Shown in pieces: positions 1-8,304 of a stretch of 64,000 nt of DNA. The DNA lies in assembly GCA_032654565.1 (NCBI GenBank), contig JAULAX010000015.1:1-64000 (forward strand), written 5' to 3'. Below the pieces are notes generated by a model. The model was not told where the DNA came from, made no database searches, and worked only from the letters and a program-made list of their open reading frames with translations. This DNA comes from Anaeromyxobacteraceae bacterium (GTDB lineage: Bacteria > Myxococcota > Myxococcia > Myxococcales > Anaeromyxobacteraceae). The position numbers and the translations under genes were made by a program. Positions within the stretch are counted from its first letter, which is position 1, and each line of letters begins with the position of its first letter.

Positions 1-2352
1 CACTTCCTGGCCCGGCTCGACGGCGTCACCGGCGGGCCTGACGAGTTCTACGCGAAGTGCCCCAGCCACGACGACGGTGCCGCCAGCCTCTCGGTCACGG
101 AGGACACCGACGGCAAGATCCTCGTCCACTGCCACGCCGGCTGCACTTTCACGGACATCGGCGAGTCCATGGGGCTCCAGCCGAAGCACTTCTTCCCGGG
201 GCACGAGCCGCCCATCAACCTCGCCGACCTGGCGCAGGCGAAGCAGCTTCCGGTGGAGTTCCTCACCCTGCACGGCCTGCACGACATCGAGGCCACCGGC
301 GTGGGCATCACCTACCGGGGGCTCGACGGCCGCCAGGTGGTGAAGGTCCGCTCCGCGCTCGTCGCCAAGCAGGGCTCCCGGTGGCCGAAGGGCGAGGCCG
401 CCATGGCCTACGGCCTGTGGCGCCTGCCGGAGTTCGTCCCCCACAAGTGGTTGCTCCTGGTCGAGGGTGAGTCCGACACGCTCACCGGCTGGTTCTACGG
501 CCAGCCCACCATCGGCATCCCCGGCGCCATGGCGGTGAAGGGCACCGTCGATGCCACCATGATGGCCGGTATCACGACCACCTTCGTCGTGCAGGAGCCG
601 GACGACGCCGGAGGCAAGTTCGTGCGGGACATCGCCTCGCGTCTCGGCGAGCTGGGGTGGCAGGGCAGCGCCATGGTCATGCAGCTCCAGGGCGCCAAGG
701 ACCTGAGCGACCTGCACCTCAAGGTCGGCTCGACGGGCTACCGGGCGGCGTTCGACGCGGCCGCCCAGCAGGCGCGACCGCTCGCCGAGGTCGTCGCCGC
801 GCTCCCCGCCTCCGGCACCGACACGAGCTGGCCCGACCCTTCGCCCATCACGCTCTCGCTGGAGCCGCTGCCGCACCTCGACGCCGACGCCATCCCGGCC
901 TCGCTCGGGGACTGGATCGACGATGGCGCCTACCGGATGGGGTGCCCGCTGGAGTTCATCGCCGTCCCCGGCATCATCGCCATGGCCACGGTGGTGGGCC
1001 GGAAGGTCTGCATCCGCCCGAAGGCGCAGGACACCTGGACCGTCACGGGCAACAAGTGGGGTGCGGTGGTGTCGCCCCCGGGCACCCTCAAGTCACCCGC
1101 CGCCGAGGAGGGGCTCCGTCCCCTGAAGGCGCTGGAGGCCATCTACCGGGCCCAGCACCTCGCCCAGGCGCCCCAGCACGAGCTCCGGCGAATCGAGAGC
1201 AAGGTCCGGCGCGCCTCCCTCGAGTCCTCGGTGAAGGACGCCATCGAGAACGGCCAGGACCTGGCCGCCCTCCAGCCGCTGGCTGCGGCGGCGCTCATCC
1301 CGGTTCCCGGGCCGAGGCGCTTCATCACCAGCGACGCCACCATCGAGAAGCTGGCCGAGGTCATGGCCCAGAACTCCAACGGCATCCTCTACCAGCGCGA
1401 CGAGCTGACCGGCTGGCTGAAGCAGCTCGACCGCGACGGCCACGAGGGCGACCGGGCCTTCTTCCTGGAGGGCTGGGACGGCAAGGGCGAGTACATCGTG
1501 GACCGCATCGGCCGGGGCACCATCCACGTGCCGGCCAACTGCATCTCGCTCTTCGGCACCATCCAGCCCGAGGTCTTCGCCGACTACCTGCGCGCCGCCG
1601 TGGGCGGCGGCAAGAACGACGACGGCCTGGTCCAGCGCATCCAGCTCCTGGTCCTCGGCGGCGCAGATGATGACTGGCAGTGCATCGACGCGGCGCCCGA
1701 CAACGCGGCGCTCCAGCGGGCCTACAACGTCTTCTGGAACCTCGACCAGATGACCGCCGGCCACTTCGGCGCCGTTCAGGGCGACGGCCTGCCCTACCTG
1801 CGCTTCTCCGCGTCGGCGCAGGCGCTCTTCAACACCTGGATGGCCGGGCTGGAGGCGAAGCTGCGTGACCCCGCTCACCACGCCGCCGTCCGCGCCCACT
1901 TCTCGAAGTACAGGTCGCTGGTCCCGTCGCTCGCGCTGCTCTTCCACCTGGCGGACGTCGCGGGTGGCCTGGTGCCGGCGGGCCCGGTCAGCGAGGGGGC
2001 GCTCGACATGGCCATCGAGTGGGCCGGCGTGCTGGAGGAGCACACGCTCCAGCTCTACTCGGGGGTCATCGACACGCAGGCCGCTGCCAAACGGCTCGCC
2101 GAGCGCATCGTCACCAGGGAGGTCGAGAGCGGCTTCACGGCCCGGGACATCGAGAGGAAGGGCTGGGCCGGTCTCGACCGCGACTCCATCCGCGACGCGC
2201 TCGACACCCTGGAGGCCGCCAACTGGCTGAAGAAGGTCGCCCAGAAGACCCGTGGCAGGGATCGCGTCGAGTACCTCATCAACCCGAAGATCCCCTTCCG
2301 GGGGACTTCTGTCAGTTCTGTCAGTTCCTCCCTGGGGGCCAGCCAGGGGTAG
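1..2352 (+). CDS. Primase-helicase (Zn-finger + TOPRIM + DUF3987/YfjI-like domain), 5' end lies outside the window
   Basis: Frame 1 is open from base 1 (HFLARLDGVT...AKCPSHDD...LVHCHAGC, a primase Zn-binding motif). TOPRIM motifs LLVEGESD and PDDAG follow, then DUF3987-like motifs (SPPGTLKSP Walker A-like, DATIEKL, RDELTGW, LFGTIQP, DDGLVQR) and a C-terminal winged-helix-like end. Confidence 0.85.
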   Translation, partial: HFLARLDGVTGGPDEFYAKCPSHDDGAASLSVTEDTDGKILVHCHAGCTFTDIGESMGLQPKHFFPGHEPPINLADLAQAKQLPVEFLTLHGLHDIEATGVGITYRGLDGRQVVKVRSALVAKQGSRWPKGEAAMAYGLWRLPEFVPHKWLLLVEGESDTLTGWFYGQPTIGIPGAMAVKGTVDATMMAGITTTFVVQEPDDAGGKFVRDIASRLGELGWQGSAMVMQLQGAKDLSDLHLKVGSTGYRAAFDAAAQQARPLAEVVAALPASGTDTSWPDPSPITLSLEPLPHLDADAIPASLGDWIDDGAYRMGCPLEFIAVPGIIAMATVVGRKVCIRPKAQDTWTVTGNKWGAVVSPPGTLKSPAAEEGLRPLKALEAIYRAQHLAQAPQHELRRIESKVRRASLESSVKDAIENGQDLAALQPLAAAALIPVPGPRRFITSDATIEKLAEVMAQNSNGILYQRDELTGWLKQLDRDGHEGDRAFFLEGWDGKGEYIVDRIGRGTIHVPANCISLFGTIQPEVFADYLRAAVGGGKNDDGLVQRIQLLVLGGADDDWQCIDAAPDNAALQRAYNVFWNLDQMTAGHFGAVQGDGLPYLRFSASAQALFNTWMAGLEAKLRDPAHHAAVRAHFSKYRSLVPSLALLFHLADVAGGLVPAGPVSEGALDMAIEWAGVLEEHTLQLYSGVIDTQAAAKRLAERIVTREVESGFTARDIERKGWAGLDRDSIRDALDTLEAANWLKKVAQKTRGRDRVEYLINPKIPFRGTSVSSVSSSLGASQG

Positions 2353-2470
2353 CTGGATGAAGACGCGGGGTGTCTCAACACACTGATCTGCCAGGGGAAT
2401 CATGTGCTGAGACACCCCAAGTTCCATCTCTGGCTTCGCCTAGAGAGTGAACTGACAGAACTGACAGAAG
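2306..2470. repeat. Nested inverted repeats, putative replication origin of the element
   Basis: CTTCTGTCAGTTCTGTCAGTTC (2306-2327) is the exact reverse complement of GAACTGACAGAACTGACAGAAG (2449-2470). The inner pair GGGGTGTCTCAACACA (2367-2382) / TGTGCTGAGACACCCC (2403-2418) has 1 mismatch. Confidence 0.85.
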
Positions 2471-2728
2471 GGGGGGCTACTTGCCGACCATGATGGTCTC
2501 TCTCGATGGCCGAGAAGCTGGGAGCATCCTTGGGCGCCATCTCGGGCGCCATGATGGCCACCATCGGCGGCGCCAAGAGGTCCCTCGGGGCGCATGAGAT
2601 GAGACACCCCACGTTCTTCAGGCCGAAGGCCAGCAACGCCATGGGTGGCCAGCGTCAAGCCGAGCTCGTCGGTGGGGATAAGCCTGGAGAGCGCGATCTC
2701 CGCGCTCATCACCGGGGAGATCACCATC

Positions 2729-3328
2729 ATGGACGCCACCGCCTACCTGCGCGTCTCCAGCCGCGCCCAGGACTACGCCACGCAGAAGAGCGCCATCGAG
2801 CGCGCCGCCACGGCCAGGGGCGACACCATCACCGACTGGAGGGCCGAGAAGAGGTCCGGCAAGACCCTGGCCCGCCCCGAGCTGGACCAGCTCCGCGCCG
2901 ACGCCCGCGCCGGTCACGTGCGCCGGCTCTACGTCTTCAAGCTCGACCGGCTCACTCGCTCCGGCATCCGCGACACGTTCGAGGTGATCGAGGAGCTGCG
3001 AGCCCACGGCGCCGAGCTGGTCTCGGTGTCCGACGGCTTCGCCCTCGACGGACCAGCGGCCGAGGTGGTGCTGGCCGTCATGGCGTGGGCCGCCAAGATG
3101 GAGCGGCTCGCGATCAACGAGAGGATCTCGGCCGCCAGGGAGCGGGTGGAGGCCGAGGGGAGGTCGTGGGGCAGGCCGAGCCGCTTCACCCGGGCCGACC
3201 GGCGACGCATGGTGGAGCTGCGGGACGGCGGCAAGACCATCAGGGAGATCGCCATCAGCATGAAGGTCCCGCGCTCGTCGGTAGCCTACATCCTGTCCAG
3301 AAAGGATGGGGCCGACCCACGTGGCTGA
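2729..3328 (+). CDS. Small serine recombinase (resolvase/invertase) with C-terminal HTH
   Basis: Motifs AYLRVSS (catalytic Ser), RPELDQL, VFKLDRLTRS, ERI..ARE..EAEGR.WGRP and HTH TIREIAISMKVPRSSV. ATG 2729 follows a GGAGA RBS; the ORF track starts earlier at 2645. Confidence 0.9.
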   Translation: MDATAYLRVSSRAQDYATQKSAIERAATARGDTITDWRAEKRSGKTLARPELDQLRADARAGHVRRLYVFKLDRLTRSGIRDTFEVIEELRAHGAELVSVSDGFALDGPAAEVVLAVMAWAAKMERLAINERISAARERVEAEGRSWGRPSRFTRADRRRMVELRDGGKTIREIAISMKVPRSSVAYILSRKDGADPRG

Positions 3329-3415
3329 AGTCCTGCCCCACCGCGATGCACCAGGGGCGTGCCAGGAAGTACACTTCCGGGACGCCAGTCAGGATCGGCC
3401 AGACGGAGCAAGAGC

Positions 3416-4252
3416 ATGACCGCTCACCAGACCCAGGGGGAAGCCTTCGCGCTGGCCGATGCCTTCTACGCCGAGTGCCAGGTGGTGGCGAAGTTCATCG
3501 ACGAGAAGCTCCGCCTGCTCGTGGACGAGCGTGCCGGGAAGGTTCCCCATGGTGTCACCTTCCAGGTTCAGTTCCTGCGCGCCATCGCGTGGCTCCGGAG
3601 CCTGGACAAGCTGAACCACCCGGGCGACTTCCAGGCCGTGGCTGCCGCAGCGAGAGCGCTCTTCGAGGGCGCAGTTGACGTCACCTTGATGCACTTCGCT
3701 TCCACCTCTCAGAGCCCCGAGAAGATGGACGCCTGGGAGTTGTCGGCAAAGCTCAAGCACGCCCAGTCCATTGCCACCTACCTGTCCGAGCTGGGGAGCG
3801 CGCCGGCCGAGGACGAGAGGACGATCCTGGCCTTCCTCCAGCGCGAGGAGACCCGTGTCGAGCAGCTTCGGCTCCGCTGGTGGCCCCGCAAGGACGGCAA
3901 GCCGGAGCACCCGTCGCGCTGGACGGGGAGGGACCTTGGCAGCGACTCCAAGGTCGCCGATGGCCTCTTCGCGGCGAGATTCGAGGAGTTCTACCGGCTC
4001 CGGTACCCGCAGATCTGCTGGAACACCCACGGGTCGGGAGCGGCCGGGATAGCCAACATCGCGCCCGAGGTGTTCCCGTTCATCGGGGGGATGGCGTACC
4101 GCGAGGCCGCGAAGTTCGCGCTGGTGATCGCCGAGCTTGTGGCGAAGGAGTTGGGGTGTTGGAGCCAGGCCGACTTCAACGCGCTTCGCGAGCAGATGAC
4201 GGTCTCCTCGGGACTGATCTATGTCGTCCACCGTGACAGACTCGGCGCGTGA
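3416..4252 (+). CDS. DUF5677/HEPN-like helical protein
   Basis: Apparently all-helical, with AAARALFE near the N-terminus and Y..ICWNTHGS near the C-terminus, resembling DUF5677/HEPN-type proteins. GGAG lies upstream of ATG 3416. Confidence 0.55.
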   Translation: MTAHQTQGEAFALADAFYAECQVVAKFIDEKLRLLVDERAGKVPHGVTFQVQFLRAIAWLRSLDKLNHPGDFQAVAAAARALFEGAVDVTLMHFASTSQSPEKMDAWELSAKLKHAQSIATYLSELGSAPAEDERTILAFLQREETRVEQLRLRWWPRKDGKPEHPSRWTGRDLGSDSKVADGLFAARFEEFYRLRYPQICWNTHGSGAAGIANIAPEVFPFIGGMAYREAAKFALVIAELVAKELGCWSQADFNALREQMTVSSGLIYVVHRDRLGA

Positions 4253-4373
4253 CGCGACTACGGCAGCGCGGACGGGGTGAGCCTGCGCTGCGAGTGGCCG
4301 GGACCGCTCCGTTTCGGCCAGGGTCATGATGACGCTGGCTGACCGCCTTCCCCGTGTTCGTCGCCACACGTAG

Positions 4374-4706
4374 CTACGCGGGCCTCACTTCCACTTTGAA
4401 GCCGATTCCGGACTGTTGAAGGAAGTTGGTCACCTGCGCCAGGAAGCGCTCCGCCTCATCGCTCGGTGTATGCTGTGCAGTGAGCAGGATCTCGACCTGG
4501 GGATCGGCGGGCATGGGTGGGTTAGTCGTGCGCTGCATTTGACCCGATTCGATGAACTCCAGATAGGTGTTCACCTTCGCCTGAAGCAGTTCGGCATGTC
4601 CTTGGAAGTCCTTCCAATCCAAGTGATCCGCGATCACTAGGCGCACCACCCTGGAGCCAGGGCGAGTGCCGACGATGTCAATCTTGTTCGTCTCCGTAAT
4701 GCTCAC
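4374..4706 (-). CDS. DUF6572-like protein, probable orphan immunity protein
   Basis: The pattern MSITETNKIDIVG...VRLVIADHLDW...HAELLQAKVNTYLEFIESGQ matches DUF6572 as I recall it. GTG 4706 has a GAGGGA RBS. It is the last gene of the Rhs cluster. Confidence 0.7.
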   Translation of the reverse strand: MSITETNKIDIVGTRPGSRVVRLVIADHLDWKDFQGHAELLQAKVNTYLEFIESGQMQRTTNPPMPADPQVEILLTAQHTPSDEAERFLAQVTNFLQQSGIGFKVEVRPA

Positions 4707-4797
4707 GATCGCCAATCCCTCTATGGCCTGCGGATCTCGACGGACGTCGGCAGAACTCACCCCCGGCGAGCGCGGACCGGTCTGGCCCTCCCACGGG

Positions 4798-5124
4798 CTA
4801 GCCCTTTCGGCTCAGGGAAGCGCGTCGGTGAACGTGCCGACTCCAGGCGCGTGATCCCAGATAGATGACAACTGAATAGAAGGCGACATTGGATACGGAG
4901 ATCAACGTGCCCCAATCAGTCACCCCTTGCCCTGTATGCGATCCTTCCGGGAACAGCGGAAACAGCATCATTGCTCCTGGAAGCGCCGCCACATTGCAGA
5001 GTGTGGTCAGCCAGCCCACACCGTCACCCAGTACCCGTGCGGCAACGATGCCCCCCCATAGCAGGCAACCGCCAACAAGGGCGAAGGCAAGCCGCGCCCA
5101 CCTGCCACCTCGAGTCACCGGCAC
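4798..5124 (-). CDS. Small membrane protein, probable immunity to the mini-Rhs toxin
   Basis: 108 aa with about 3 hydrophobic segments. Its start overlaps the stop of the toxin tip (5115-5117), the usual toxin-immunity arrangement. Confidence 0.6.
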   Translation of the reverse strand: MPVTRGGRWARLAFALVGGCLLWGGIVAARVLGDGVGWLTTLCNVAALPGAMMLFPLFPEGSHTGQGVTDWGTLISVSNVAFYSVVIYLGSRAWSRHVHRRASLSRKG

Positions 5125-5813
5125 ACCCCCATCGCGTCATTTAGCGCCTCCTTCCCGAATGCCCGCTCAAACGAGGCCCGGCTGGCGTCCACCGACTTCT
5201 GCATTTGCCCAGGCGAAATGCTCTTCTCGCCGGCAACGTGCTCTCCAATCTTGAGCCAATCCACTTTTAGTGGATTACCCTGCTCGTCGACGTGAACGGG
5301 GGACGTGCCATCCATCACCGTATGATTCGTACTGGCCCACTCGCGAAGGCCCGGTTCGATCTTTCCGCCGTTTGCCTTGACGTACGCCCCGGCTTCGGCC
5401 TCGCCGTTGGCAATGCGGGTCGCGATGGCGGCCTTGGCCTGCTCTGGGCTTTGGCCGGACGCCCGCATGGAGTGCCAATTGTCCCTGAGTTGGCCACCAG
5501 GCCGATCAGTGTAGGCGGAGCCGTCCTTCAGTATCTGCCGTTGGGAGCTGGACATTGCCGGGAACGCGTAGTCAATGATCGCGTTGTGGGTGTCAGTCGG
5601 CCACCTCCCAGTCGGATCCACATACTTGTACGGATTGTTCAGCACATACGAGTACCGATTGAGCGTCATCGGATTCCCCGGCGACCCCATCACCGAGTCC
5701 GCCGAGATGAACCGCCCGATCTGCGGCCAGTACATCCGGGCCCTCTCTGCCAACGTGAGTGAGACAACGAACCCCACGGAGTTTAGTGTAGAAGGGCGAG
5801 CTTGGACTTCCAC

Positions 5814-6221
5814 GTGAGCACCGCAGAGATGGGTTTGGTTGGGCAGGAGACCGAAGTGACCGCGAAGCCCCGGAGGCGGCAGTTCACCGCCGAGTTCAAG
5901 CGGAAGGTGCTTGCCGAGGCCGATGCCTGCACCAAGGCCGGCGAGATCGGCGCCTTGCTGCGGCGAGAGGGCCTGTATTCGTCCCACCTGGTCGAGTGGC
6001 GGCGGGCCCGCGACAGCGGAGCCTTGGCCGGGCTGACCCCCAGGAAGCGCGGGCCGGCGGCGAAGGTTCCGCACCCGCTCGAGCGCAAGGTCGTCGAGCT
6101 GCAGCGTGACAACGCCCGCCTGCAGCGGCGCGCGGAGCGTGCGGAAGGGCTCGTTGAGCTCCAAAAAAAAGTCTCGGAGCTGCTGGGGATCCAACTCCCG
6201 AAGCCCGACGAGGAGCGGTGA
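5814..6221 (+). CDS. IS3 transposase OrfA (HTH + leucine zipper)
   Basis: RRQFTAEFKRKVL...LLRREGLYSSHLVEWR, then a coiled coil ending LQKKV. Start codon uncertain (5802-5829). Confidence 0.85.
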   Translation: MSTAEMGLVGQETEVTAKPRRRQFTAEFKRKVLAEADACTKAGEIGALLRREGLYSSHLVEWRRARDSGALAGLTPRKRGPAAKVPHPLERKVVELQRDNARLQRRAERAEGLVELQKKVSELLGIQLPKPDEER

Positions 6222-7222
6222 TGCAGGCCGTCACCGAGCTTGGCCCGCGCCTCGGCTTCGCCGCGGCCTGTGCGGCCGTGGGGCTCCCCAAGGCTACCTA
6301 CTACCGTCGCCTCAGGCCGCCACGGCCGCGGGCGAAGCGGACCTCCCATCGCGCCTTGGACGCCACCGAGAAGCGCGTCGTGCTCGACGTGCTGAACGAG
6401 CCGCGCTTCGCCGACCTCGCGCCGGCCGAGGTCCACGCGACGCTGCTCGACGAGGGGCGCTACCTCTGCTCGGAGCGCACGATGTACCGCGTCCTGGCTG
6501 AGAACGCGGAGGTTCGCGAGCGCCGCGACCAGCTGCGCCACCCGGCCTACACGGCACCCGAGCTGCTGGCCACCGGGCCGAACCAGCTCTGGAGCTGGGA
6601 CATCACCAAGCTGCTCGGCCCGCGGAAGTGGACCTACTTCCACCTGTACGTGATCCTCGACGTCTACAGCAGGTACGTGGTCGGCTGGATGCTCGCGCAC
6701 CGCGAGACCGCCGCGCTCGCCGAGCGGCTCATCCGCGAGACCTGTGAGCGCCAGGGCATCCAGCGCGACCAGCTCACGGTCCACGCCGACCGCGGCACCT
6801 CGATGCGCTCTAAGCCCGTCGCGCTCATGCTCGCGGACCTGGGCGTCACCAAGAGCCACTCGCGGCCCCACGTCTCGAACGACAACCCGTTCTCCGAGTC
6901 TCAGTTCAAGACCATGAAGTACCGGCCCGACTTCCCGGAGCGCTTCGGCGCCATCGAGCACGGCCGGGCCCACTGCGTCGACTTCTTCGGCTGGTACAAC
7001 AACGAGCACCGCCACGGTGGCCTCGGCCTCCTCACGCCCCACGACGTCCACCACGGCCTCGCCGGCGCCCGCCTGGAGGCCCGCAGCGCGGTCCTGGCGG
7101 CCGCCTTCGCCGATCGGCCCGAGCGGTTCCCCGCCGGCGCCCCGTCGGCCGGCGCCGTGCCCACCGAGGTCTGGATCAACAAGCCGCAGCAGATTTCACC
7201 GACAGAGGAAGTGCGTCAGTAA
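6218..7222 (+). CDS. IS3 transposase OrfB (DDE integrase core)
   Basis: Motifs PNQLWSWDIT, ILDVYSRYVVGW, HADRG, DNPFSESQFKTMK, YNNEHRH. The A8G slippery site at 6163-6171 has an open -1 frame into orfB, allowing an OrfAB fusion. Confidence 0.92.
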   Translation: MMQAVTELGPRLGFAAACAAVGLPKATYYRRLRPPRPRAKRTSHRALDATEKRVVLDVLNEPRFADLAPAEVHATLLDEGRYLCSERTMYRVLAENAEVRERRDQLRHPAYTAPELLATGPNQLWSWDITKLLGPRKWTYFHLYVILDVYSRYVVGWMLAHRETAALAERLIRETCERQGIQRDQLTVHADRGTSMRSKPVALMLADLGVTKSHSRPHVSNDNPFSESQFKTMKYRPDFPERFGAIEHGRAHCVDFFGWYNNEHRHGGLGLLTPHDVHHGLAGARLEARSAVLAAAFADRPERFPAGAPSAGAVPTEVWINKPQQISPTEEVRQ

Positions 7223-7731
7223 TCTCAGCAGCAGGTTGTCTCATTCGTGTTGACAGGTTCCGGGGCGCCGTAGTCATGGAAGCCGGTACCCGGGTCGAAG
7301 ACCCGGCCGTTGTACTGCCGGTCGCCGCGGTACCCGCTCACTTCCCAGGCCTCGCCCCACGGCTCATAGGTCAGCTGCGCGACCACCTCACCCGCGGCGT
7401 TGGTGCGGGCCACCACGCTTCCCAGCGTGTCGGTGTGGTACCACTCCGTGCAGGCCTTGCTCGCCGTCGCGCACCCGCCCACCGCGATCAGCTTGTTGCC
7501 GAAGTAGAAGTACTCCCGGAGCGTCCCCCCGGCGGCATCGGTCTCCGCCAGCACGCGCCCCCCAGCGTCGTAGTGGTAGACGGTCGTGCCGGCGCTTGCG
7601 AAGCCGCCGCCGAGCGTGCCGCTCGGCACCTGGAGGGTGGCGAGGAGGGCGCAGAGGAAGGGGGCGGCGGCGAGCACGATGGCGCATCCTACCAGCGAGC
7701 GGTACGACAGCTCCTACTCGCCGTGCTCCTC

Positions 7732-7779
7732 GTTGTTCTCCTCGAAGACCACTTTGTTGTTCTCCTCGCAGACCACTTT
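7732..7779. repeat. 24-bp tandem duplication
   Basis: GTTGTTCTCCTCGAAGACCACTTT (7732-7755) and GTTGTTCTCCTCGCAGACCACTTT (7756-7779) differ by 1 base. Confidence 0.85.
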
Positions 7780-8279
7780 CATCCCGCCAGCAGTCGTCGC
7801 GCCTGCACGACGATCTCCGCCTCTACTTCCGCCACGGTTCCAAAGGTGCCGCTATCGGCCATAGCCAGCGCATCATCGAGGCCGGACCAGACGCTAAGGT
7901 CTGTAAGGAGGCCAGTCGCCCGTGCGATCTCGTATAGTCGCCGCGCCCCATTGCGTGCGGTGACCGTGCCGCTCACGATGTCCTCGGCAACCTGATGTGC
8001 TCGGACGCTCATGAGGTCCACTCCTCTGGGCAGGACAAGTTCGATCTCCATAGCAGCTGCGTTCAGGTAGCGATCCACCTCGAACTCGTTGTGGGGAACT
8101 GCGAGCCCGGCCAGGATGCGCAGCGAAGGCGAATCAAGGCCGGCGGCCAGTGCGCTCTCGGCCCACGCCACAACCTCGGCTCCGGTATTGCGCCCCATCT
8201 CCCGGCCGGCCAGGACCTCGATCAGGCGGCGCTCCAGATGGGAAGAAGGATGCACAGCTTTCGCGTCAATACTGCTCAT
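7779..8279 (-). CDS. Probable immunity protein for the large Rhs toxin
   Basis: Starts 26 bp after the Rhs stop; ATG 8279 has a GAGGGA RBS. Helical protein with WAESALAAGLDSPSLRILAGL, a pattern I associate with toxin-adjacent immunity proteins. Confidence 0.7.
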   Translation of the reverse strand: MSSIDAKAVHPSSHLERRLIEVLAGREMGRNTGAEVVAWAESALAAGLDSPSLRILAGLAVPHNEFEVDRYLNAAAMEIELVLPRGVDLMSVRAHQVAEDIVSGTVTARNGARRLYEIARATGLLTDLSVWSGLDDALAMADSGTFGTVAEVEAEIVVQARRLLAG

Positions 8280-8304
8280 GGATCCCTCGGCAAAAGCACC
8301 GGCA

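Larger units (their letters stand above)
5742..7262 (+). mobile_element. IS3-family insertion sequence
   Basis: orfA/orfB organisation. Imperfect inverted repeats CTGCCAACGTGAGTGAGACAAC (5747-5768) and GTTGTCTCATTCGTGTTGACAG (7235-7256) match 18/22. Target duplication GGGC at 5738-5741 and 7263-7266 (or GGG with the element at 5741-7262). Confidence 0.9.
5115..7677 (-). pseudogene. Mini-Rhs (signal-like N-terminus + Rhs core + Zn-phospholipase C/P1-nuclease-fold tip) interrupted by an IS3-family element
   Basis: The 5' part (7677-7263) reads MLAAAPFLCALLA...YHYDAGGRVLAETD...YHTDTLGSV...NGRVFDPGTGFHDYGA. The 3' part (5741-5115) continues RMYWPQIGRFISADS...YVLNNPYKYVDPTGRW. Removing the IS restores YGARMY exactly as in the intact Rhs at about 8990-9005. 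Confidence 0.9.

Noticed and set aside
4253..4373. att site or tRNA fragment marking the right end of the satellite-like element
   Set aside because: No tRNA 3' end or direct-repeat partner is recognisable within the window.
5115..6194. 359-aa ORF read as a complete Rhs toxin gene
   Set aside because: Its N-terminal ~150 aa are the antisense of IS orfA. Only 5115-5741 is Rhs sequence, and the true 5' half is at 7263-7677.
5783..7054. 423-aa minus-strand ORF inside the IS
   Set aside because: Antisense shadow of orfB caused by high GC3; no motifs.
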